Notes: a model not told the origin generated them from the letters alone. A DNA stretch of 10,856 nucleotides from a bacterium (GCA_031362565.1 JANLSU010000112.1:1-10856), one strand, 5' to 3'; positions 1 through 7,835 are shown, counted from the stretch's first letter. Made by a program: numbers and translations.

Positions 1-40
1 GCTTACGCGAAGGCGATCGGGCGTGTTGGGACGATGCCCG

Positions 41-1249
41 TTACGAAGGCCGCACCGCTGCCGGTGGCAGATGCGCAAGTTCCGGCGCCGGCGCGCCGTC
101 GTGGCGTGCCATGGGGCGGCCCGAAGCAACTGCCGCAACCGCAGGCACCAGGCGTACCGGAACGACGTCGCGCGTTCCGGGTACCGGCCGCAGTGCCGGC
201 GGAATCGCCGGACGCACTTCGGTCGCTGCCCGCCGGCGTGCGAGAGCCGACACGGTGAGCGCGACGGCCACTCCAAGCGCTGCTGCCGCCGCGAACCACA
301 GGCGGTGGCCCGACAGGATGCCGACGCCCAAGACGGTGAACACCGCCTGCACCGCGTACAGCGAGACGACGGCGCCGCGGTGCGACAACCCGGCACGCAA
401 CAACCGATGATGCGTGTGCTCGCCGTCGGCTTCGAAGATGTGACGGTGTGCCGCGAGGCGCCGGCAGATGGCCGCGACGGTGTCGAGAATCGGCACCCCG
501 AGCATGGCGGCACCGCCCAGCACCGCGGTCCAGAACCCGAGTTCACGCGCCAGCAGACACGCCAGCGCCGCAAGCGCGAATCCCAGGAACATGCTGCCGG
601 TATCGCCCATGAAGATGCGCGCCGGATGGAAGTTGAAGCGCAGGAAAGCGGTCAGCGAGCCGATGAGGCAGAGCGCGATGATCACTGCCGCCGTGTCGTG
701 CACGCGCACCGCGACCACCAGGAAACCGACTGCCGCCAGGCTCACGACGCCGGCCGCGAGTCCATCGAGGCCATCGATGAGATTGATGCTGTTACAGACG
801 CCGACGTACCACAGCAGGCTAGCGGCCGCAAAGAGGACAAACGGCAACATCGTGGCACCATGCGGCGCCTGGAAGCCGGCACCCATCGCGACCACGCACA
901 CCGCACCAAGCAGTTGATACGTCAACTTGACCGTGGCGCGCAGGCCGCGCAGATCGTCCACGAGACCGAGTCCGAACAGGATGAGCAATGCCGGCAGGAG
1001 CGCCAGCACCCGTTCGGCGATGCCATCGCCGCCCGGACTGGCGAGCGAGACGAGCAGGCCCAGGAAGAACCCGCTGAAAATCGCGACGCCGCCGAGATGC
1101 GGGATCGCGTGTGTATGGAGTTTGCGACCGTTCGGCTTGTCGGCAACCCGGCACTCGATGGCAAAACGGCGTACTTGCGGCACCAAAAGCAGGGTGGTGC
1201 CGAACGCGATCGCTAGGGGCAGGATGAAAGTCCAAAGTGGAGTCAGCAA
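41..1249 (-). CDS. wecA: MraY/WecA-family (GT4) undecaprenyl-phosphate GlcNAc-1-phosphate transferase
   Basis: Multi-TM protein with family motifs DKPNGRKLH..IPHLGG, GLVDD, NSINLIDGLDGLA, NFHPARIFMGDTGS, DTVAAICRR and ADGEHTHHRL. Start trimmed to TTG 1249 (or CTG 1246) just after GAGGT. The first 60 aa of ORF 41..1429 cover the putative promoter/leader. The exact substrate (WecA vs TagO-like) is inferred. Confidence 0.88.
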   Translation of the reverse strand: MLTPLWTFILPLAIAFGTTLLLVPQVRRFAIECRVADKPNGRKLHTHAIPHLGGVAIFSGFFLGLLVSLASPGGDGIAERVLALLPALLILFGLGLVDDLRGLRATVKLTYQLLGAVCVVAMGAGFQAPHGATMLPFVLFAAASLLWYVGVCNSINLIDGLDGLAAGVVSLAAVGFLVVAVRVHDTAAVIIALCLIGSLTAFLRFNFHPARIFMGDTGSMFLGFALAALACLLARELGFWTAVLGGAAMLGVPILDTVAAICRRLAAHRHIFEADGEHTHHRLLRAGLSHRGAVVSLYAVQAVFTVLGVGILSGHRLWFAAAAALGVAVALTVSALARRRAATEVRPAIPPALRPVPGTRDVVPVRLVPAVAAVASGRPMARHDGAPAPELAHLPPAAVRPS

Positions 1250-1348
1250 GATACCTCGCCCGCGCTTCGTCGTTTCTGGACCCTCGCTCGCGGAGGGTTG
1301 GCCGGGCAGGCCGGGCGCCGTCCAATTCGGCCCCGTCGGTGGCCCTCT

Positions 1349-1377
1349 ATGATAGAGCCAGCCGGCGGTTCGGTCAA
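1349..1377 (-). promoter_or_regulatory. sigma70-type promoter for the wecA-like gene
   Basis: Minus strand reads TTGACC (1377-1372), a 17-nt spacer, then TATCAT (1354-1349). It lies in the wecB-wecA intergenic gap, about 100 nt upstream of the start. Confidence 0.65.
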
Positions 1378-1400
1378 GCCGCGGTCCCCGACAATCGCGC

Positions 1401-1429
1401 AGCATAAGGCGTACCTCGGGCCTTTGCAC
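1401..1429 (-). promoter_or_regulatory. possible second, upstream sigma70-type promoter for the wecA-like gene
   Basis: Minus strand reads GTGCAA (1429-1424), a 17-nt spacer, then TATGCT (1406-1401). The -35 is weaker. Confidence 0.35.
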
Positions 1430-1486
1430 GCGAGATCTCGCCCGATGGCCTGCGACAATCCGTCCGAACCGTGCACCGAGTGCCTA

Positions 1487-2650
1487 TCAGGGTGCCACCC
1501 GGCGTGCCGCTGTGAACTCGAGCAACGCTCGCACGATCCGCTCGCCGGCCTGGCCGTCCCAGTATTCCGGCACGCGCACCGGTCCGGCGGCCTCGGCCAG
1601 TACCTCTTGCGCCGCCTTCCAGATCACCTCGGGGTCCTGGCCGACGATTCGATTCGTTCCCTCGCTCACCGTTACCGGCCGCTCGGTGTTCGATCGCAGC
1701 GTCAGACACGGCACGCCGAGCACCGTTGTTTCCTCTTGGATGCCGCCGGAATCGGTCAACACCAGGCGCGCGCCATCTTCGAGCGCCAGGAACTCGAGAT
1801 ACCCCACCGGATCGATGAGCCGTACCTGGGAGGACTCGGGTTCGAGTCCGAACTCCTGGATCATCTTGCGAGTCCGCGGGTGGATCGGAAACAACACCGG
1901 CAATCGGCTGCCGATGCGGGCGAGGAGTTGCAACAGCCCGCCCAGTGTTTCACGGTCGTCGACGTTGGACGGCCGGTGCAGCGTCACCAGCGCATACCCA
2001 CCCTTGGGCACACCGTGCGTCCGCCACGCTTCGGTGCCGCGCGCCCGCGGCAGAAACTTGAGCAGCGAGTCGATCATGACGTTGCCCACGAAGCGAATGC
2101 GCGCCGGGTCGACGCCTTCACGCAGCAGGTTCTCGTCGCCGTCGCGCGATGGCGTCAGCAACAAGTCCGCGATCGAATCGGTTACGAGGCGATTGATCTC
2201 TTCGGGCATCGTGCGGTCGAAGCTCCGCAAGCCCGCCTCGACGTGCGCCACCGCGACGCCGAGTTTGGTCGCGACAAGGGTCGCCGCCAAGGTGCTGTTC
2301 ACATCGCCGACCACAACGACGAGATCGGGCGTCTCGCGCAGCAGTACCTCTTCGAACTGCATCATGACCTTGGCGGTCTGCTGCGCATGGCTGCCCGAGC
2401 CGACGCCCAGGTGGATGTCGGGCTCCGGAATCTCGAGTTCCTCGAAGAACACCTTCGACATGTTTTGATCGTAATGCTGCCCGGTGTGCACGAGGACGTG
2501 CCGCACTTCGGGGCGCAGGCGCAACCGGTGCACGATCGGCGCGATTTTCATGAAATTGGGGCGCGCACCCACGACCGACAGAATCTTGATGCTGCCGGGC
2601 GGTGCCGCTTGCCCGCCGGCCGCCGGCGAGTCGCCACGCATCGTCTTCAT
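1487..2650 (-). CDS. wecB: UDP-N-acetylglucosamine 2-epimerase (non-hydrolysing)
   Basis: Motifs VVGARPNFMK, HTGQHYD, VVGDVNST, HVEAGLRS, PEEINR, TLHRPSNVD, TDSGGIQEE and NTERP. ATG 2650 follows GGAGGGG and overlaps the rfbB stop (ATGA, 2647-2650). Confidence 0.95.
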   Translation of the reverse strand: MKTMRGDSPAAGGQAAPPGSIKILSVVGARPNFMKIAPIVHRLRLRPEVRHVLVHTGQHYDQNMSKVFFEELEIPEPDIHLGVGSGSHAQQTAKVMMQFEEVLLRETPDLVVVVGDVNSTLAATLVATKLGVAVAHVEAGLRSFDRTMPEEINRLVTDSIADLLLTPSRDGDENLLREGVDPARIRFVGNVMIDSLLKFLPRARGTEAWRTHGVPKGGYALVTLHRPSNVDDRETLGGLLQLLARIGSRLPVLFPIHPRTRKMIQEFGLEPESSQVRLIDPVGYLEFLALEDGARLVLTDSGGIQEETTVLGVPCLTLRSNTERPVTVSEGTNRIVGQDPEVIWKAAQEVLAEAAGPVRVPEYWDGQAGERIVRALLEFTAARRVAP

Positions 2651-3678
2651 CGCTTCCCCTCCACCCCGCGAGTCTCGCCCCGGGCGCCGTACATCGTCTT
2701 GTAGTAGGCCGCGAATTCGCCGCTCTTGATGCGTTGCCACCACGCCGGATGGTCGCGGTACCAGTCGACGGTCGTCGCCAACGCTTGCTCGAAGGAAGCC
2801 GCCGGTTCCCAACCGAGGCCGCGCACCTTGGCATCGTCGATGGCATAGCGGAAGTCATGCCCGGGCCGGTCGGTGACGAAACGCTTCAAGCCCGGGTCGC
2901 AGCCGGTCCGCTGGACGATCTGCTCCACGATCCAAACATTCGGCCGTTCGTTGCCGCCGGCAATGTTGTACACCTCACCGTCGCGGCCCAGCCGCCCCAC
3001 GGTATCGATGGCGCTGCAGTTGTCGGTGACGAAAATCCAGTCACGGACATTGCTTCCGTCGCCGTAAATCGGCAGTTCACGCCCCTCGAGCGCATTCGTA
3101 ATGTGCAGTGGAATGAGCTTTTCGGGATGCTGGTATGGACCGAAATTGTTGCTGCTGCGGGTGACGATCGCCGGCATGCGGTAGGTGCGCACGTACGACA
3201 AGACGAGAAGGTCGGCGGCCGCTTTGCAGGCGGAATAAGGATTCGACGGCTGGATCGGGTCGGTCTCCCGGAAGCGCCCTTCGGCGCGGCTCCCGTACAC
3301 CTCGTCGGTGGACACTTGCACATAGCGCGGGATGCCCAACTCGCGCGCCGCATCCAACAACACTTGGGTGCCGCGCACGTTCGTCCACACGACCGCCTGG
3401 GAGTCCTGAATCGAACGGTCGACATGCGTTTCAGCCGCGAAGTTGTACACCAAGTCGCAACCGGCCATCGCCTCGCGGACGATCGCCGGGTCGCAAATGT
3501 CACCGAGAACGAATTCGAAGTGCGGATGATCTTGCACCGACGCGAGGTTCTCGCGGTTGCCGGCGTAGGTCAGTTTGTCGAGCACGACCACGTGCACAGC
3601 GTCGCGTTTGCCGAGCAGCAGGTGCACGAAGTTGCTGCCGATGAAACCGGCACCGCCGGTCACCAGGATGCGCTGCAC
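2647..3678 (-). CDS. rfbB: dTDP-glucose 4,6-dehydratase
   Basis: Extended-SDR motifs TGGAGFIG, DKLTYAGN, FAAETHVDRSI, STDEVYG, YSACK (YxxxK), NNFGPYQHPEKLIP and DRPGHDFRYAID. GTG start at 3678 follows GAAGGGG. Confidence 0.95.
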   Translation of the reverse strand: MQRILVTGGAGFIGSNFVHLLLGKRDAVHVVVLDKLTYAGNRENLASVQDHPHFEFVLGDICDPAIVREAMAGCDLVYNFAAETHVDRSIQDSQAVVWTNVRGTQVLLDAARELGIPRYVQVSTDEVYGSRAEGRFRETDPIQPSNPYSACKAAADLLVLSYVRTYRMPAIVTRSSNNFGPYQHPEKLIPLHITNALEGRELPIYGDGSNVRDWIFVTDNCSAIDTVGRLGRDGEVYNIAGGNERPNVWIVEQIVQRTGCDPGLKRFVTDRPGHDFRYAIDDAKVRGLGWEPAASFEQALATTVDWYRDHPAWWQRIKSGEFAAYYKTMYGARGETRGVEGKR

Positions 3679-3788
3679 GGAGGCCCCTTCGTAAAGGAGT
3701 GCGCCGGGCGCGAGCGGCGCCTGTAGGGCACCCGTCCGCGGCCGCGAGTCGTTGTCGTGCGGTGGCCCCGCAGCCTCGCCGTTGGATC

Positions 3789-5090
3789 TTACGACCCGAA
3801 ACAGTCGTAGCGGAAGCCCAGTTCCTGCATTCTCTGCCGGTCGTAGACGTTGCGGCAGTCGACGACCACCGGCTGACGCAGGGTCTGCTTCATGCGCTGC
3901 AAATCGAGGGTCCGGAACTCGTTCCACTCAGTCACCAAGATCACCGCGTCGCAGCCCTCCATGGCCTCGTATGCACCACTGCACAGAGTCAAATCGAGGT
4001 CCTGCGCCCGGACACGTTCCATGGCCACCGGGTCGAAGGCGCGCACCGTCGCGCCGCGCGCCCGGAGCAGGGCGTGCATCTTGAGCGCTGGGGCCTCGCG
4101 GACGTCGTCGGTGTTGGGCTTGAACGCCAGTCCCAGCAGACAGATCGTCTTGCCTTTGAGATCGCCGAGCAGCTTCTGCAGCTTGTCGATGGCGACACCG
4201 GGACGCTCGAGATTGACCTCGACCGCCGCCCGCACGATGCGCATATCGACACCAGCGGTTTCGCCGATCTTGATGAGCGCTTCGGTATCCTTCGGGAAGC
4301 ATGAACCACCGTAGCCGACGCCGGCGTGCAGGAACTTGGATCCGATGCGTTGATCGAGCCCCATGGCTTTGGCCACGGTCTTGACGTCCGCACCGACCTT
4401 CTCGCACAGATTGGCGACTTCGTTGGCGTACGAAATCTTGACCGCCAAGAACGCATTCGACGCGTACTTGATGAGCTCGGCGGTTTCCAAGCCGGTGACG
4501 ACGATCGGCGTTTCGAGCAGGAAAAGCGGCCGGTAGAGCTCGCGCATCGTTTCGCGCGCCCGTTCGGTTTCCGCGCCAATGACGACGCGATTCGGACGCA
4601 TGAAGTCCTCGATCGCCGAACCTTCGCGCAGGAATTCCGGATTCGATGCCACATCGACCGTGATGCCGGCGGGCAACAGGTCGCGCAGCATCTTCTGAAC
4701 GCGCCGGCCGGTGCCCACGGGCACCGTGCTCTTGGTCACCATCACCTTGTAATCTTTGACGTGCGGCGCGACGTCTTCCACGACCTTGAAGAGGTAGCTC
4801 AGATCGGCGTGGCCATCGCCGCGATCCGGCGTGCCGACCGCAATGAAGAGAACCTGGCTGTCGCGCACGGCGCTCGGCAGGTCGGTCGAGAAGGAAAGCC
4901 GCTGTGCTTCGTAGTTGCGCTGCACGAGATCCTCGAGCAGCGGCTCGAAGAACGGCACGCGGCCGGTCTTGAGCGTTTCGATGCGCTGCGCGTCGACATC
5001 GACACAGATCACCCGGTGGCCGAAGTCCGCGAGACATGCCCCGGAGACGAGCCCGACGTACCCTGTGCCGACCATGCAGATCGTAGACAT
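3789..5090 (-). CDS. ugd: UDP-glucose 6-dehydrogenase (UDP-glucose/GDP-mannose dehydrogenase family)
   Basis: Motifs GTGYVG, IAVGTP, KSTVPVGT, SNPEFLREG, AELIKYASNAFLA, catalytic GYGGSCFPKD and GLAFKPNTDDVRE. ATG 5090 follows GGGGAG. Confidence 0.95.
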   Translation of the reverse strand: MSTICMVGTGYVGLVSGACLADFGHRVICVDVDAQRIETLKTGRVPFFEPLLEDLVQRNYEAQRLSFSTDLPSAVRDSQVLFIAVGTPDRGDGHADLSYLFKVVEDVAPHVKDYKVMVTKSTVPVGTGRRVQKMLRDLLPAGITVDVASNPEFLREGSAIEDFMRPNRVVIGAETERARETMRELYRPLFLLETPIVVTGLETAELIKYASNAFLAVKISYANEVANLCEKVGADVKTVAKAMGLDQRIGSKFLHAGVGYGGSCFPKDTEALIKIGETAGVDMRIVRAAVEVNLERPGVAIDKLQKLLGDLKGKTICLLGLAFKPNTDDVREAPALKMHALLRARGATVRAFDPVAMERVRAQDLDLTLCSGAYEAMEGCDAVILVTEWNEFRTLDLQRMKQTLRQPVVVDCRNVYDRQRMQELGFRYDCFGS

Positions 5091-5238
5091 GCAACTCCCC
5101 CGGAGGCTGTCGGTCCGGCGGTCCGCCCGCCGGTGGCCGATTTGAAGCCGGAAGTGGTCCGAAGCGCGTCCCCGTTCCGGCCCTGTGCGGACCGAACCAT
5201 CGTGACGCCCCGGCTGGGAGGCTGCGGCGCGGCCACGG

Positions 5239-5247
5239 ATGCTAGCA
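5239..5247 (-). promoter_or_regulatory. possible extended -10 promoter for the ugd operon
   Basis: Minus strand TGcTAGCAT (TGn + TAnnnT) about 150 nt upstream of ugd. No good -35. Confidence 0.35.
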
Positions 5248-5370
5248 CCCCTGGCTCCGATGCGACAGCGCGACCCCGTACGGGAAACGGAGCGAAGCAA
5301 GGATCGTTCACGCGGATCCGTGGATCCGTCCCGTATACTGCGGGCGTCCGTATGGACGAAGGAGGTTCCA

Positions 5371-5697
5371 GTGCGACACTGTCCGGAATGCCGCCGGCCC
5401 TTCGGGAAACAATCCGATGTCTGTCCCGACTGCTGGGAGCCGCTCGTCGCCGGTGAGCCCGGGCGGCGTGATTCCCTGGCGCTTCTCTACCGGACAACCG
5501 CCTTGTACGAGGCCGATCTCCTGCAAGCCGCACTCGCCGACGATGGAATCCCCTGTTTGCGGGTCGGAAGTCCGCTCGATCCACCGGTTGGGCCCAACTC
5601 GCGCGTCATGCGCATCTACGTGCGTGCCGACACCCTCGTCGTGGCGCGCGACCTCCTGGCGTCCCTTCTAGGCCCGCACGCCGAGGCCGATCGTTGA
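5371..5697 (+). CDS. zinc-ribbon + DUF2007-like (putative signal-transducing) small protein, 108 aa
   Basis: Strong SD AGGAGGT, then GTG 5371. N-terminal CPEC-x10-CPDC..PLV ribbon followed by YEADLLQAALADDGIPC...MRIYVRADTLVVARDLL, which matches the DUF2007 pattern (EA.ll...L...GIp...i.V......A..ll). A TATACT -10-like hexamer lies at 5334-5339. Confidence 0.75.
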   Translation: MRHCPECRRPFGKQSDVCPDCWEPLVAGEPGRRDSLALLYRTTALYEADLLQAALADDGIPCLRVGSPLDPPVGPNSRVMRIYVRADTLVVARDLLASLLGPHAEADR

Positions 5698-5798
5698 CCC
5701 AGTGCAACCCTGAGCCCCGGGCCGGCGTACGGACCCGCAGGCCGCCTGGTGCCGGAACGCGCGGCCGGAGACGAGCCCTGTCAAGATGGGACGGAGCC

Positions 5799-7565
5799 TT
5801 GATCCCTCGGAAGTACCTGCCACGATGGCGGCACCTTGCCTCTGCAGCCCTGGTGACCCTCGGTCCCCGCTTGGCGGCCGCCGAGGAATTTGTTCACTTC
5901 GATCATCTTGCCGACGCCGAAGTCGTGTCGCAGGTTTTCCGGCTCTCGAGCCCCCGGTCGGTGCATGTCGAGTGCGAAGGCGCCGGTGATGCCGGCGATG
6001 GCGCCGATGACGAGATGTACGCCTACGGGTGGATCCTCGACCTGCACAGCCGCGAACCGGTATGGCGGCTGACTGCGAACAGCGAGCGCCGCTCCGGCAA
6101 CCGCAATTTTGCTTTTGACGGCAACATCTCATTACCGGCGGGCGACTACATCGCCTACTACGCGTCCTACGGCGACTGGCGCAGCCGCGTGAAGATCATT
6201 CGCTTCCTGGGCAAGGAAATCGGCCGCATCGAGCTCGACGACGGACGCAAGAAGCGCATCCATCGCGACAGCTCCCGCTGGGGTCTAAAATTGTCGACGC
6301 CCACCACGCACGACGCGGCGATTTCCACCGATCTGCCGGCCGCGCGGCCGGATGATTTGACGATCGTACAGATGACCGGCGTCGGCGACGGTGTTCTCGA
6401 GCAGAAGGGCGTCACGCTGTCCGCCCGGATGCAGGTCACCGTGTACTGCGTTGGCGAGGTCGACCCGGACACGAAGGACAACAGCGACTACGGCTGGATT
6501 CTCGACGCCCGGACCCGCAAACGCGTCTGGGAGTTGGGGCCCGATAATTACAAACATGCCGGTGGCGCGCGCATGAACAAGTACGCGCGCGAAACCATCA
6601 CCCTGCCGGCAGGCGACTACATCGTCTGCTATGCATCCGACGCCGCACACAGCGCCGCCGGCTGGAAGGGGCCACCGCCCTACGATCCCGACTCCTGGGG
6701 GATCACCGTCTGGGCGGTCAACTCCGACGACGCGCGCCGCGTGCGCCCGTACACGGAAAACACCGACGAACAGTCCATCGTGTCGCTCATCCGCCAGGGC
6801 AACAATGCCTATGCGGAACAGGGATTGACGGTGACGCGACAAGTGCAAGTGCGGGTGTATGCACTCGGCGAATTCGCCGGCGATAACTTCGCCGACGAGG
6901 GTTGGGTCGAAGAGTCGAAGACCGGGCGCCGGGTTTGGGAAATGACCGAAGACAACACCCAGCGCGCCGGCGGCGCCGAGAAGAACCGCATGGCGGACGA
7001 GATCCTGTCGTTGGCGCCCGGTGACTACGTGGTGCGCTACCAAAGCGACGACTCGCATGCATACCAGGAGTGGAACGCCCGGCCGCCCAACGATCCGTCC
7101 CATTGGGGGATCTCGCTCATGATGGCGCGCGGCGGCGACCGTTCGATGTTCAAGCTCTTCGACCGCGAACGGCGGGCCGAAGCCGGGCGGCACGACTTGG
7201 TGCGGCTCGTACGGCTGGGCGATGACTCCGACGTCGACGCTTCATTCCGGATCGACAAACCGACCCGCATTCACATCGTCGCCGAGGGCGAAGGGGTCGA
7301 CGAGATGGTCGACTACGGCTGGATCGAGGACAAGAACAACGGCAACGTCGTGTGGGAGATGACGCTCCGCAATACCCGCCATGCCGGCGGCGCCGAAAAG
7401 AACCGTATCTTCGACGGCACGATCTTGCTCGATCGCGGCGAGTACCAGGTGCACTTCGTCACCGACGGGTCGCATGCGTGGCGGGCGTGGAACAGCAATC
7501 CGCCGCGCAATCCGGATGCGTGGGGCATCACCGTCACACCCGAGGGCACGCCGGCGCCGCGCTGA
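5799..7565 (+). CDS. secreted protein with four tandem copies of an uncharacterised ~120-140 aa domain
   Basis: Long ORF with typical high-GC codon usage. A TTG start at 5799 gives a signal-peptide-like N-terminus (IPRKYLPRWRHLASAALVTLGPRLAAA|EE). An alternative TTG at 5694 overlaps the upstream stop. The internal repeats are plainly visible. Confidence 0.85.
   Translation: MIPRKYLPRWRHLASAALVTLGPRLAAAEEFVHFDHLADAEVVSQVFRLSSPRSVHVECEGAGDAGDGADDEMYAYGWILDLHSREPVWRLTANSERRSGNRNFAFDGNISLPAGDYIAYYASYGDWRSRVKIIRFLGKEIGRIELDDGRKKRIHRDSSRWGLKLSTPTTHDAAISTDLPAARPDDLTIVQMTGVGDGVLEQKGVTLSARMQVTVYCVGEVDPDTKDNSDYGWILDARTRKRVWELGPDNYKHAGGARMNKYARETITLPAGDYIVCYASDAAHSAAGWKGPPPYDPDSWGITVWAVNSDDARRVRPYTENTDEQSIVSLIRQGNNAYAEQGLTVTRQVQVRVYALGEFAGDNFADEGWVEESKTGRRVWEMTEDNTQRAGGAEKNRMADEILSLAPGDYVVRYQSDDSHAYQEWNARPPNDPSHWGISLMMARGGDRSMFKLFDRERRAEAGRHDLVRLVRLGDDSDVDASFRIDKPTRIHIVAEGEGVDEMVDYGWIEDKNNGNVVWEMTLRNTRHAGGAEKNRIFDGTILLDRGEYQVHFVTDGSHAWRAWNSNPPRNPDAWGITVTPEGTPAPR
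5889..7538 (+). repeat. four intragenic protein-domain repeats (approx. 5889-6293, 6363-6713, 6777-7121, 7197-7538)
   Basis: Recurring pattern GE..D(Y/E)GW(I/V)....VW(E/R)(M/L)....AGGA..N....(I/L).L..G(D/E)Y....(S/T)D..H...W..PP..P..WG(I/L). The GW dipeptides fall at ORF aa 112, 267, 403 and 542. Confidence 0.92.
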
Positions 7566-7574
7566 TCGGCGCCG
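7552..7574. terminator. possible hairpin at the junction of two convergent genes
   Basis: CGGCGCCG-cgctgat-CGGCGCCG, an 8-bp GC stem with a 7-nt loop spanning the stop at 7563-7565. There is no U-tract on either side. Confidence 0.2.
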
Positions 7575-7581
7575 CCCGGCC

Positions 7582-7797
7582 TTAGCGTCCGAAGAGCCGC
7601 GCGATGAGGTTGAGTACGAGCGTCAGAACGACCGACACGACGGCACCCGTCGCCAGCGGAATGTAGACATTGCCAACGTGAATGTCCCCGGGCAAATGCC
7701 CGAACCAGGCGAACCGCCCACCGCCCCATCGCAGTACGACGCCGACGCCCAAGAGCACGACGCCTGCGGCCATGAAGAGTTTCCAAGCGGACTGCAC
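7582..7797 (-). CDS. DUF2905-family small membrane protein
   Basis: 71 aa with two hydrophobic segments flanking FGHLPGDI..NVYIPLAT, the signature of DUF2905. GTG start follows GGAGG. Confidence 0.85.
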   Translation of the reverse strand: MQSAWKLFMAAGVVLLGVGVVLRWGGGRFAWFGHLPGDIHVGNVYIPLATGAVVSVVLTLVLNLIARLFGR

Positions 7798-7828
7798 CAG
7801 TGGCCTCCGAACCGCAGGAACCGTCGCG

Positions 7829-7835
7829 TATGATA
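7829..7835. promoter_or_regulatory. overlapping -10 elements (candidate bidirectional promoter)
   Basis: TATGATA reads TATGAT on + (7829-7834) and TATCAT on - (7835-7830). It is centred in the 75-nt gap between the divergent DUF2905 and trmJ-like genes. Confidence 0.5.

Noticed and set aside
3..299. ORF 3..299 (-) and ORF 34..258 (+)
   Set aside because: These are low-complexity alternative frames overlapping the wecA 3' end.
1250..1429. N-terminal extensions in the ORF track for wecA (also wecB, rfbB, ugd and ORF 5239)
   Set aside because: The extensions are non-homologous and overlap promoters or upstream genes. The downstream starts have SD-like sequences and match where family homology begins.
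5140..5195. Resemblance of the ugd leader (GCACAGGGC...GGGACGC) to a c-di-GMP-I riboswitch
   Set aside because: It lacks the conserved GCAAA motifs, the GNRA tetraloop and the receptor. An Rfam scan would settle it.
5301..5330. GGATC/GGATCCG short repeats in the divergent promoter region
   Set aside because: They are too short to separate from chance, and I recognise no regulator motif.
5091..5370. ops/JUMPstart (RfaH) element upstream of the glycan operon
   Set aside because: No GGCGGTAG was found on the coding strand.
23..5456. Long plus-strand ORFs 23..1216, 1298..2704, 2602..3726 and 4326..5456
   Set aside because: They are antisense shadows of well-supported minus-strand genes, Arg/His/Gln-rich with no motifs. 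This is expected in high-GC DNA.
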